Origin: an uncultured candidate division Zixibacteria bacterium
Lineage (GTDB): Bacteria; Zixibacteria; MSB-5A5; UBA10806
Length of the DNA: 64,000 bases
Direction of reading: 5' to 3'
NCBI GenBank assembly: GCA_963817915.1
Contig: CAWFQL010000011.1
Span: forward strand, 239,563 to 303,562
Both the position numbers and the translations under genes were made by a program. Positions within the stretch are counted from its first letter, which is position 1. Every line of letters begins with the position of its first letter. Below the pieces are notes generated by a model that was not told where the DNA came from, did not search any database, and worked only from the letters and a program-made list of their open reading frames with translations. Shown piece by piece: positions 9,735 through 19,074 of the stretch.

Positions 9735-10241
9735 ATGATGCAAAATGAACTAAATGAATTAATTAAGATTCTCAGCGCTGAACATAAGATATATCAGGAT
9801 TATCTTCAGTGCCTGATCGAACAGCAGGAATTCCTTATCCAGAGCGACCTTAAGGGTATCAAGACCTCGATTGATAAAATTTCAGTTCTCGCGCAAAAAG
9901 CGATGAATATGGAGAATGGCCGCCGTACAGTTATTTCGAGGCTTTCAGCAAAATTGGGCATGAATCCGCACGACGTGACTGTCAGCAAAATTCTTCAGCA
10001 ATTTGAGGGCCCTCGATTCGAGGAATTGGATAAACTCAAGGATAAGATTTTGGACACATATTCAAAGGTGATCAATCAGAAAACTCGCAATGAGCTTTTG
10101 ATAGATCAATCGATGAATATAATCCAGCAAACAATGCAGATTATTAACGACGTGGAAAATCCCCAGCCGACTTATGATAATCCGGCAGCGTTCAGAAATG
10201 GGGCCAATAATATCAAGACAATTGTTTCAAGGACGGCTTAA
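9735..10241 (+). CDS. flgN: Flagellar export chaperone FlgN
   Basis: Helical 168 aa with RNELLI..SM and TY motifs, directly upstream of flgK. Confidence 0.85.
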   Translation: MMQNELNELIKILSAEHKIYQDYLQCLIEQQEFLIQSDLKGIKTSIDKISVLAQKAMNMENGRRTVISRLSAKLGMNPHDVTVSKILQQFEGPRFEELDKLKDKILDTYSKVINQKTRNELLIDQSMNIIQQTMQIINDVENPQPTYDNPAAFRNGANNIKTIVSRTA

Positions 10242-11636
10242 ATGTACGGTCCAAATGTAGGGCTTGAAATCGGCAGAAGGGCTCTCATGGCCCAGCAATT
10301 AGCGCTCAATCTTACCGGCCACAATATTGCCAATGTAAACACACCGGGCTTTTCAAGACAGCAGGCCGTAATGAGCAGCAATCTGCCGTTGGCCATGCCT
10401 TTTGGTGTGGTTGGCACCGGCGTGGATGTTACCGAGATCAGGCGGCTCAGGTCTGTTTTCCTCGATCAGCAATTCAGAAATGAATCTCAGAAACTCGGCC
10501 AATGGGATAAACTCGATGAAACCTGGAAACAGGTCGAAGCTGTCTATTCCGAGCCGGAGGATACTGGATTATCCGCGATGCTTGATCAATTCTGGAATTC
10601 CTGGCAGGCCCTTTCCAATAACCCTGAAAGCCAGGCCGCCAGAGTATCCGTGCGGGAGCAGGCATCATTATTGTCGAATTCATTTAAGCATTTGTCAGGA
10701 CAGCTCAACGACCTTCGCAATTCGCTCGATAGCGACATTTCCAAGATGGTCGAGCAGATTAATAGTGTCGCGACTCAGATTGCCGATCTCAATCATTTGA
10801 TTTCGGTTGCCGAGCTTTCCGGAGGAAAAGCAAATGATCTCAGAGATCAACGAGACTATTTGGTTGATACTTTGTCTCAATGGGTGAAGGCTGGAGTTGT
10901 TGAACAGCGCGATGGTTCTTACACAGTATTTATAGGATCGATGGCGCTTGTTGACGGTACTAACAGCTTAACTCTCGGTACTGAAGTCCAATCAAACGGA
11001 GCTACTACCACGCATAGAGTCTTTTTCGAGGGTACCGGTGTCGATATCAGTAATCCCGGAGGACAATTTCAGGGATTAATAGAATCGAGAGACACGGTAT
11101 TGGTAAAAAGAATGAATGATCTCGATCAACTTGCCAGCGAACTGGCACGAAGCGTTAATGATGTCCATCGCACTGGTTTTGGCGCCGATGGCTCCACCAA
11201 TATGAATTTCTTTAAGCCAGATATTACGGGGGCGGCGGATTTTGAAATCGATCCCCTTATAGAAGACAATGTCAATCTCATTGCGGCAAGCTCTAATGGT
11301 GAAATTGGTGATAATTCCAATGCCCTGAATATCGCAGCCCTTCGAAATGAATTGAAATTTCAAGGTGGAAGATCGACATTCAACGGGTTTTACGACGCCA
11401 TGGTAGGCGAAATTGGTATAGGTTCATCGGAATCGAATAATATGAAAGCTAATCAACAGGCGATGGTTTCCCAAATTTCCAATTCCAGGCAATCGCTAAG
11501 CGGTGTCTCATTGGACGAGGAAATGGCCAATATGCTTCAGTATCAGCATTCCTATGAAGCGGCGGCCAGGGTAATCACCGCAATGGACAGCGCGCTTGAT
11601 ACTGTAATTAATGGTATGGGCCTTGTTGGCAGGTAA
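10242..11636 (+). CDS. flgK: Hook-associated protein 1 FlgK
   Basis: [35 protein letters not shown]. Confidence 0.97.
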   Translation: MYGPNVGLEIGRRALMAQQLALNLTGHNIANVNTPGFSRQQAVMSSNLPLAMPFGVVGTGVDVTEIRRLRSVFLDQQFRNESQKLGQWDKLDETWKQVEAVYSEPEDTGLSAMLDQFWNSWQALSNNPESQAARVSVREQASLLSNSFKHLSGQLNDLRNSLDSDISKMVEQINSVATQIADLNHLISVAELSGGKANDLRDQRDYLVDTLSQWVKAGVVEQRDGSYTVFIGSMALVDGTNSLTLGTEVQSNGATTTHRVFFEGTGVDISNPGGQFQGLIESRDTVLVKRMNDLDQLASELARSVNDVHRTGFGADGSTNMNFFKPDITGAADFEIDPLIEDNVNLIAASSNGEIGDNSNALNIAALRNELKFQGGRSTFNGFYDAMVGEIGIGSSESNNMKANQQAMVSQISNSRQSLSGVSLDEEMANMLQYQHSYEAAARVITAMDSALDTVINGMGLVGR

Positions 11637-11662
11637 ACGTAGTAAATCGAATTGAGATTGTA

Positions 11663-11908
11663 ATGCTAATTTTGACGAGAAAGCCCGGAGAGACGATTGC
11701 GATCGGTGAAGATATAAAAATCACGGTCCTCGGCATTCAGGGCAAGCAGGTAAAAATCGGTATCGCAGCTCCTGAGAATGTCAGCGTGTTTCGCGAAGAG
11801 ATATTCAAAAAGATTCACGATGAAAATGTCAAAGCCTCGCTTTCTCTCAAAGAAGACCTTCAGACGCTCGCCAAGATTATCAAGACCGGAAAAGGGAAAA
11901 AACGGTAA
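11663..11908 (+). CDS. csrA: Carbon storage regulator CsrA, FliW-type with C-terminal extension
   Basis: [14 protein letters not shown]...QVKIGI.AP..V.V.REEI, followed by IHDEN extension. Confidence 0.95.
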   Translation: MLILTRKPGETIAIGEDIKITVLGIQGKQVKIGIAAPENVSVFREEIFKKIHDENVKASLSLKEDLQTLAKIIKTGKGKKR

Positions 11909-11932
11909 AATGCCTGCAATTAATGCCGAAAA
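11906..11932 (+). promoter_or_regulatory. Sigma28 promoter for flgL-fliW
   Basis: TAAA-N15-GCCGAAAA overlapping the csrA stop codon. Confidence 0.7.
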
Positions 11933-12116
11933 TATTAATGGCTATCAGATAAATAAAACCACAGCGATGGATTTTCCTCGTTATTGGCAGAATTTTACCG
12001 GAAAGACTAAATGGAATTATTCCAACTGTATAATGATATTTTGCAGCAATGTGGTACGCCCAACAAAAATTAAATGGCCGTCCGGCCCCAAGTTTATTGA
12101 GACAAGGAGTTAGGCT

Positions 12117-14030
12117 GTGAGAGTTACCAATGGCATGCTCCTGAATACTATTTTAAGGAATTTATCCTTATCGCAGGAGAGATTTTTAAATCTTCAAAGC
12201 ATTAGTAGTTCAGGCAGGCGTATTAATCGGCCATCGGACGATCCTATTGGAATTACGAAGGATCTTGGATTCCGATCAACATTAACAGGGATCGGACAGT
12301 TCAGAAAAAATATCGATCAGTCCAAATCATGGCTGACATACGCCGACCAATCCTTGGGAAATATAAATGAATTAATAATTTCGGCCAAGGACCTCGCTGT
12401 CCAGATGGGCAATGATACTTATGATGAAAATGCGCGCAGAACATCGGCATCCCAGGCCAACCAGATATTCGAGCAGATTCTCGCCGCCGCGAATTCGACA
12501 TTTGAGGGAAATTTCATTTTTTCAGGTACCAAGACCAATATCAAGCCATTCCTGGCCAATGCCGTCGGTATAGAATATCAGGGCGACTACTCAAAGATCT
12601 ATTTGGAGACCGAGCCGTCATCATATCTTGATATCAATACTGTCGGCGCGAATTTCCTCACCAATCCTGTCAGAACTCTTGGCGACGGATCAGACCTGAA
12701 TCCGGGCCTACAGCCGGATTTATGGCTCGATTACCTTCATCAGGGCGCCGGGGTTGATCTCGGAGCGGGCATTTTTAGAATCAGAACACTGAATGGTGAA
12801 TATAATGTTGATGTATCCGCCGCAAGGAATGTCCAGGATGTACTTACGGCAATAAACGGCTTAGGAATTCCGAATCTGACAGCATCGATAAGTCCTGCCG
12901 GCAATAGCCTTATGATGAACGACACCACAGTTCACCATATGACTGCCACTACGCCATTAGGCATTTTGAATGGCGGTTTGGGAGTCGATCAGGCGCCCGG
13001 ACTGATAAATTTCACGACCGGGGCAACTACAGTAAGTGTCGATATTTCCGCAGCCACCAATGTTGGTGATGTAATCACGGCAATTAACACTCAGCTCGCC
13101 GCGGGCGGTATCAATAATGTCACTGCTTCAATCGATATCGAAAAAAATGCGCTTGTCATCACCGATTCGAATGTAGCTCCGCTAAATATCACAATTTCGG
13201 AAGGCGCTCCATCCGGCCATACCGCTACTGATCTCGGCATTATCGGCGAAGTGGTCGGATCATTATCGGGGCAGGAGCTTAATCCCTACCATATTCAGGT
13301 GATCGAAGACGCTCCCGGGCAAAAAACCGCCGAATCCCTTGGACTTCTCGAAGCAACCAACTTCGAAGCGTTGGATGGGAAAGACCTCAATCCGGAATTG
13401 GCATACTTTACCAAATTATCGTCTCTGAATAGCAACGCGGGCTATCCGCTGGGAAAAATCAGGATAGTCAATGGACACGATTACCAGGATGTAGATCTTA
13501 GTCCTCTTTCTGCCGATCCCAATGCGACGATAATGGACCTTATTAAAATGATTAATTCGTCGGGCGTGGAAGTTGAGGCAAGGGTCAATAACCAGCATAC
13601 CGGTATCCAGGTGTTCTCGAAAGTAGAGGGACGATCATTAATGATTACCGAGGCCGATACTGGGAGAACCGCCAAAGATTTGGGTATTTTCGGCTCTCCA
13701 GACTTACTGGGCAATTTAATGATCCTGCACAGCTCGCTCGAACGAAATAATACTGAAGAAATTAATCTTGCGATTGAAACATTCGATGGCGCCCAAAACA
13801 AGGTACTTATAGACCTGGCCGATGTTGGCGCCCGTGTTAATAGAGCCGATTCGGCTTCAAGTCGATTTTTATCGTTTGAATATCAGGTTACCAGTCAATT
13901 GTCTAACATAGAAGACGCCGATATGACCAAAGTAGTCACCGAGCTTGCGTCGGCCCAGGTAGTATATCAGGCGGCATTGGCCTCAGCGGCCCAGATGCTT
14001 CAACCGTCATTACTTCAATTTTTACAATAA
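12117..14030 (+). CDS. flgL: Hook-associated protein 3 FlgL, extended
   Basis: MRVTNGM, SSGRRINRPSDDP, C-terminal EDADM...YQAALAS..QPSLLQFL; GTG start after AAGGAG. Confidence 0.93.
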   Translation: MRVTNGMLLNTILRNLSLSQERFLNLQSISSSGRRINRPSDDPIGITKDLGFRSTLTGIGQFRKNIDQSKSWLTYADQSLGNINELIISAKDLAVQMGNDTYDENARRTSASQANQIFEQILAAANSTFEGNFIFSGTKTNIKPFLANAVGIEYQGDYSKIYLETEPSSYLDINTVGANFLTNPVRTLGDGSDLNPGLQPDLWLDYLHQGAGVDLGAGIFRIRTLNGEYNVDVSAARNVQDVLTAINGLGIPNLTASISPAGNSLMMNDTTVHHMTATTPLGILNGGLGVDQAPGLINFTTGATTVSVDISAATNVGDVITAINTQLAAGGINNVTASIDIEKNALVITDSNVAPLNITISEGAPSGHTATDLGIIGEVVGSLSGQELNPYHIQVIEDAPGQKTAESLGLLEATNFEALDGKDLNPELAYFTKLSSLNSNAGYPLGKIRIVNGHDYQDVDLSPLSADPNATIMDLIKMINSSGVEVEARVNNQHTGIQVFSKVEGRSLMITEADTGRTAKDLGIFGSPDLLGNLMILHSSLERNNTEEINLAIETFDGAQNKVLIDLADVGARVNRADSASSRFLSFEYQVTSQLSNIEDADMTKVVTELASAQVVYQAALASAAQMLQPSLLQFLQ

Positions 14031-14039
14031 GGGGGAAAT

Positions 14040-14498
14040 GTGGTCTTAGAATCAACTCGATTTGGAACTATCACTTACAAAAAATCGGAAATTATCACAA
14101 TGGTCAGGGGACTTTTGGGTTTCGATCAGTACAAGGAATTTATTGTGGTTTCAATTAACGGCCAGGAGCCATTCAAATGGCTGCAATCATTGGAAGAACC
14201 GAATCTTGCATTTCTCATGATCGATCCGATGTCATTTAATCCTGATTATATGGTAGAAGTAAATCCGCGCGATATAGAGATGCTCGGCGCCAAGAACCCG
14301 GAAGAAATAGCGATATTCGTGTTGGTCACTATTCCCAACGGCCAGCCTGATAAGATGTCCGCCAATCTCCAGGGCCCGATCATTATCAATAGCAAAAACA
14401 TGAATGGCGCTCAATTAGTCTTGAGCGACAGCGGATACAATACGAGGCATTCAATATTCAAAAATATTGAAAAGACTTTGGAAGCAGTCACGGCCTGA
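14040..14498 (+). CDS. fliW: Flagellar assembly factor FliW
   Basis: STRFG, GLLGF, FKWLQS, SANLQGPIIIN, GAQLVL. Confidence 0.95.
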   Translation: MVLESTRFGTITYKKSEIITMVRGLLGFDQYKEFIVVSINGQEPFKWLQSLEEPNLAFLMIDPMSFNPDYMVEVNPRDIEMLGAKNPEEIAIFVLVTIPNGQPDKMSANLQGPIIINSKNMNGAQLVLSDSGYNTRHSIFKNIEKTLEAVTA

Positions 14499-14636
14499 TT
14501 TTCCTGAGGCCAGATTTCGTTTAGCGCAGGGTCATATCGATCCTAATGCCGGCAAAATGATTATGCTCCGGCGACAAATGATAGAAAAAAGAATAGAATT
14601 TCACATCGTAAAGATTAATTCAAGTGAGGCCTGCTA

Positions 14637-16331
14637 ATGCCGCAAATTTTAGATTCTAAGAGATCAGATACAGAGACGAGAAAAAGCCTTGCCCGCCTGC
14701 TGGAACTCGGTGAAGACGATAAAGCAGAAGTCCTTCTAAAAGAACTGCTGATTGATTCACCCGACGATGTCAGCCTTCTGAACGCAAGGGGTTCGATATT
14801 CGCCAAGAAGGGCGATCTTGATAATGCCGAGAACTTATTTCTGCAGGCAATAAAATTGGACGGAAGCCATGCGGATTGCCATTACAATCTCGGACTATTG
14901 CACAGCCGCCAGGGACGAATTCCAGAGGCGATAGATGATTTCTTGAAGGCTATCGAAATAAACCCCTACGATTGGGCCGCCCAGAATGACCTCGGCGTGA
15001 TGTACCACAATCAGGGCAAAACACTATTGGCCAAGGGCCATTTCATTAAATCACTTGAGGCTAATCCGCTATTCAAATTTGCTTTAATAAATCTTTTCGA
15101 AATTTGCTGGGATTACGGTTCTTATTCCGAGGCGTTGTTCTGGATCGAAAAATATCTCCAGAATGTGCCAAAGGACGAAAAAGAAAATATCTCTATGAAT
15201 ACGTCGGAACAATCTAATGCTGTGAAGTCGGATAATAACCCAAAGGTTGAACCCGTCATTCACCACGATACTCAGACGAAGGGATCGCTCAAGATAAAAA
15301 GAAAATCAACATCGAAAGCCGATGAGATTTTCAATAAGCATGTCCCGGCAGAACTTCAAGAAAAAAAGACCGGAATGAATATCGCGGTGGTTGCCGATTT
15401 CAATATCGCCGGCCAGTTGTCTTTGCTTTTTAGAATGATCAATCGCTATACGGTTCATAAGGCGAGAATGGTCATTTTGCAGGGAGATTATCTTTCCTAT
15501 GACAAAGATATAATTCTATCAGAAAACAAACCTGAATTGCTAAGTGAAGCATACGAAATAATCAAGAATGCCGATTTCTTTCATATTGGCAGATTCCCGG
15601 TGAATTTCGGCGATATTGATTGGAATAAAATACTCCGCCCCGATAATTCTATTTTACAGTATTACGGCTCCGAAATCAGGCAGAACGCCAGACAGATTTA
15701 CGAATGGCATAAAAATAAGAAGATCGCCGGTATATCAGCCTGGGATTACACCATGCTTGAGAACGCGCCACTTTTCTACCATGTCAATATCATGTGCGAT
15801 ATGGCGAAAATCAGGCCATGCAAGCCGCCCAAGGATGTTGTCAGAATATGTCATCCGCCTACCAATCGGGCATTTAAGAAAACAGATTATTTCCTATCCG
15901 TAATGGAGAATCTCAAAAAGAAATATCCGGTCGAAGTTGAACTGATCGAAAAGAAATCCAATGACGAATGTCTGGAAATCAAGAGCCGATGCCATATCAC
16001 ATTCGATCAAATCTCGGTTGGGATATACGGACTTTCAGCGATCGAATCTATGGCAACCGGCCATGCAGTGCTTTGCGGTATGTCTAATTTCGCGTCAAGC
16101 TACCATCCGGATAATCCCATTGTTTACGTGGACGAGAAAAACTTAAGCAGTAAAATTGAATATCTTTTGAATAATAAAGAAAAGATCACATCGATCGGTA
16201 ATGCCGGCAGAATATGGGCTCGTCAAAATCATGACCCGCATAAAATTATTCGCCAGTACCTCTGGATGTATGATTTGGTTAAGAATGGTCACAGGCTTGT
16301 TTCTGAGCCCGACGCCTATATTCTTAAATAG
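14637..16331 (+). CDS. TPR-repeat protein fused to GT-B (GT4-like) glycosyltransferase
   Basis: N-terminal TPRs (HYNLGLL, QNDLGVMY); C-terminal HPPTNRAFK, FDQ..GIYGLSAIESMATG. Confidence 0.8.
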   Translation: MPQILDSKRSDTETRKSLARLLELGEDDKAEVLLKELLIDSPDDVSLLNARGSIFAKKGDLDNAENLFLQAIKLDGSHADCHYNLGLLHSRQGRIPEAIDDFLKAIEINPYDWAAQNDLGVMYHNQGKTLLAKGHFIKSLEANPLFKFALINLFEICWDYGSYSEALFWIEKYLQNVPKDEKENISMNTSEQSNAVKSDNNPKVEPVIHHDTQTKGSLKIKRKSTSKADEIFNKHVPAELQEKKTGMNIAVVADFNIAGQLSLLFRMINRYTVHKARMVILQGDYLSYDKDIILSENKPELLSEAYEIIKNADFFHIGRFPVNFGDIDWNKILRPDNSILQYYGSEIRQNARQIYEWHKNKKIAGISAWDYTMLENAPLFYHVNIMCDMAKIRPCKPPKDVVRICHPPTNRAFKKTDYFLSVMENLKKKYPVEVELIEKKSNDECLEIKSRCHITFDQISVGIYGLSAIESMATGHAVLCGMSNFASSYHPDNPIVYVDEKNLSSKIEYLLNNKEKITSIGNAGRIWARQNHDPHKIIRQYLWMYDLVKNGHRLVSEPDAYILK

Positions 16332-16339
16332 GAGGAATT

Positions 16340-17332
16340 TTGAGTATCATAGGTAAAAGGATTTTTATATCGGGTGGAGCCGGTTTTATCGGATCAGCCC
16401 TGACTTCCCGTCTCATAGACAAAAACGATGTCGTTATATACGATAATTTCCGAAGGAACAGCCTGAAGAACTGGCGATTGGAAAACCATCCCAATTTGAA
16501 AATTGTCGAAGGTGATATTCTCGATCTCGATAAGATTCGCCAGCATATTGCAGATTCCGACATTGTAGTTCATCTGGCCGCTATCGCGGGTATAGATACG
16601 GTAATCAAATCGCCTATTACTACCATGAAGGTAAATCTCATGGGGACATTCAATATGCTGGAAGCGGCGTCGGAATTGAAGAATGTCAAACGATTTATCG
16701 ATTTCTCGACCTCCGAGGTTTTTGGTAGTTATGCTTTCCGATCTGAGGAAGGCGACTCCACATCGCTTGGCGCGGTCGGTAATGCCCGTTGGACATATGC
16801 CGTTTCAAAGCTGGCGGGCGAGCACATGAATTATAGCTATTTTTCCGAACGGGGATTGCCAACCGTGTCGGTAAGACCATTTAATATCTACGGTCCCGGG
16901 CAAGTCGGCGAAGGCGCGGTACATCATTTCGTAACCAGAGCGCTAAAGGGCGAAAATTTGGTTGTTAGAGGAAATGGCGATCAGATTCGTTCCTGGTGCT
17001 ATATCGATGACATCATCGACGGCATATTATTAGCGATTGAAAATGATAAAGCTGTCGGCCAGAGTTTCAATATCGGTAACCCCCGCGGCACTGTCACTAT
17101 ATACGGTTTGGCCCTGGCGGTCATCCGAGTAACATATTCGCAATCAAAAATAATATTCGCGCCGAAGACTGAAGCCGATGTTGAATTGCGAATTCCCAAT
17201 ATTGATAAGGCTTGTTCAATATTAAACTTTCAACCTAAGGTCGATCTTGAAGACGGCCTTAAGAAAACCGCTGATTGGTATTATGACAAAATCAATTCAA
17301 ATACCGCTCGTGAAGCCGCGCTTGTCGGCTGA
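16340..17332 (+). CDS. NAD-dependent nucleotide-sugar epimerase/dehydratase
   Basis: GGAGFIG, STSEVFG, YAVSK (YxxxK), RPFNIYGPG. Confidence 0.93.
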   Translation: MSIIGKRIFISGGAGFIGSALTSRLIDKNDVVIYDNFRRNSLKNWRLENHPNLKIVEGDILDLDKIRQHIADSDIVVHLAAIAGIDTVIKSPITTMKVNLMGTFNMLEAASELKNVKRFIDFSTSEVFGSYAFRSEEGDSTSLGAVGNARWTYAVSKLAGEHMNYSYFSERGLPTVSVRPFNIYGPGQVGEGAVHHFVTRALKGENLVVRGNGDQIRSWCYIDDIIDGILLAIENDKAVGQSFNIGNPRGTVTIYGLALAVIRVTYSQSKIIFAPKTEADVELRIPNIDKACSILNFQPKVDLEDGLKKTADWYYDKINSNTAREAALVG

Positions 17333-18435
17333 TGATATTAACGCCGCTGTAAATGTCCTAAAATCCGGCCAATTGATTTGCGGGCCGGTGGTCAAGGAAT
17401 TCGAACAGCATCTGGCCGATTATTTAAATACTGCCGATGTGGTTTGCGTCTCATCGGGTACCGCTGCCCTGCATCTCGGTTTGATATCTCTTGGAATCGG
17501 CAAAGGCGATGAAGTTATAGTGCCTGCATTCAGCTACCCAGCGAGCGCGAATGCTGTCGAATTAACCGGCGCGCGGCCGATATTTATTGATTCCGAGCCC
17601 GGCGGATTTAATATCGATTATAAAAATATCGAAAATAAGATCACTACTCGAACTAAAGCCATAATGGTAGTTCACAATTTCGGCTGGCCTGTTGAAATCG
17701 ACAAAATAAAAAGTATTGCTGCTAAATATCATCTTCCTGTTTTCGAGGATGCAGCCTGTGCTTTGGGCGCATCGGTTAATGATGTCCCATGCGGCAGGCT
17801 GGGGCAAATCGCCGCCTTCAGTTTTCATCCGCGCAAAATATTGACTACAGGTGAGGGCGGGGCTATTGCTACAAATGATTCGACAATCGCTGCTAAAATC
17901 AGGCAGCTTCGAAATCATGGCCAGATTTATGATCCCAAACCGATATTCGAACTGGCCGGATTTAATTACAGGCTGACCGAATTCCAGGCCGCTCTTGGCT
18001 TGAAGCAGCTTGAAAGACTTGAATCGACACTAAAGGAACGTCGCTCGGCAGCGGAATATTATACCAAAAATCTAAAACATATCGAGCATGTTCGAGTTCC
18101 AGTCATCTAAAGATGGCGTTAAGCCCAATTACCAGACCTATGTGGTTTATGTGAAAGATGGGAATAGAGATTCGTTGATAAATCACATGAAAGAAAAGGG
18201 TATCGAAGCAGGAATTGGAACTTACTCAATTCCCCATATAAATTTTTACACTAAAAAGTACGGTTTTAGCGAATTTGATTTTCATAATTCGCGTATCGCT
18301 TATGAGACTCTAATGAGCTTGCCGCTATTCGAGGGAATAACAACATCAGAGCAAGATCGAGTAATTGAGGCTATCGGTTCGTTCAAACTTAAAAAAGTAA
18401 ATACAACTGACCATAGCGCAGTAAATATATCGTAA
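17283..18435 (+). CDS. DegT/DnrJ/EryC1/StrS PLP sugar aminotransferase (frameshift near 18105)
   Basis: SSGTAALHL, EDAACALG, FSFHPRKILTTGEGG; C-terminal LSLPLF-type motif in ORF 18088..18435. Confidence 0.88.
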
Positions 18436-18462
18436 TTATTATTTCGACTAAATCAGGGTAAT

Positions 18463-19059
18463 TTGCATATGTCAGGATATTCATCTAAGCAAAAAGAACG
18501 ACAAACACGGCGAACAATGCCAAAACTTGAGGACCAAACTCGATTTTTATCATTGGCTCAGATAAGTTTTCAGAAGGGCAAATACTCGCTGGTAATCGAC
18601 TACTGCCGTCAAGTGGCTGATAATGCTCTAATTGCCAAATGGAATGATCTCGCGTTAGAGGCTTATTATCTCTGGTGTCTTTCGGATATCAAATTAAGGC
18701 GGTTCGATGATGCCCGCAAGATATGCTACGATGCCAGAAGCAAGCTCGGCAATAGTATCGAGATGGTCCATATCGAATTGATGATCGCTGTCGAAAGCAA
18801 TGATTCCGATAAAATCCTTCGTTTCGCCCAGGGCTTTATGGAACTCTGGAATAATTTATCCAAAGACGATGCCCGTGACAAAACAAGAATGTATGATAAG
18901 GCCGCTGAAGTATTGCTGATCTGGGCTAGAGCCCTGGAAAAGCTGAATAATATTAATGAGGCTTGCAAGATTTATGAAAGATATTTAGCAATTTGCCCTA
19001 ACGATGAAATCAAAAGACATATGACTGAATTAACCAATAAGAACACGAACAACTCCTAA
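18463..19059 (+). CDS. Helical-repeat (TPR-like) hypothetical protein
   Basis: Predicted all-alpha; EACKIYERYLAICPND TPR-like end; start codon uncertain. Confidence 0.6.
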   Translation: MHMSGYSSKQKERQTRRTMPKLEDQTRFLSLAQISFQKGKYSLVIDYCRQVADNALIAKWNDLALEAYYLWCLSDIKLRRFDDARKICYDARSKLGNSIEMVHIELMIAVESNDSDKILRFAQGFMELWNNLSKDDARDKTRMYDKAAEVLLIWARALEKLNNINEACKIYERYLAICPNDEIKRHMTELTNKNTNNS

Positions 19060-19074
19060 TAATCAGAGAAGAAT

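Noticed and set aside
11778..12113. ORF between csrA and flgL (also 67 aa from ATG 11910)
   Set aside because: It overlaps csrA and the sigma28 promoter, has no SD and no protein-like motifs; better read as a leader
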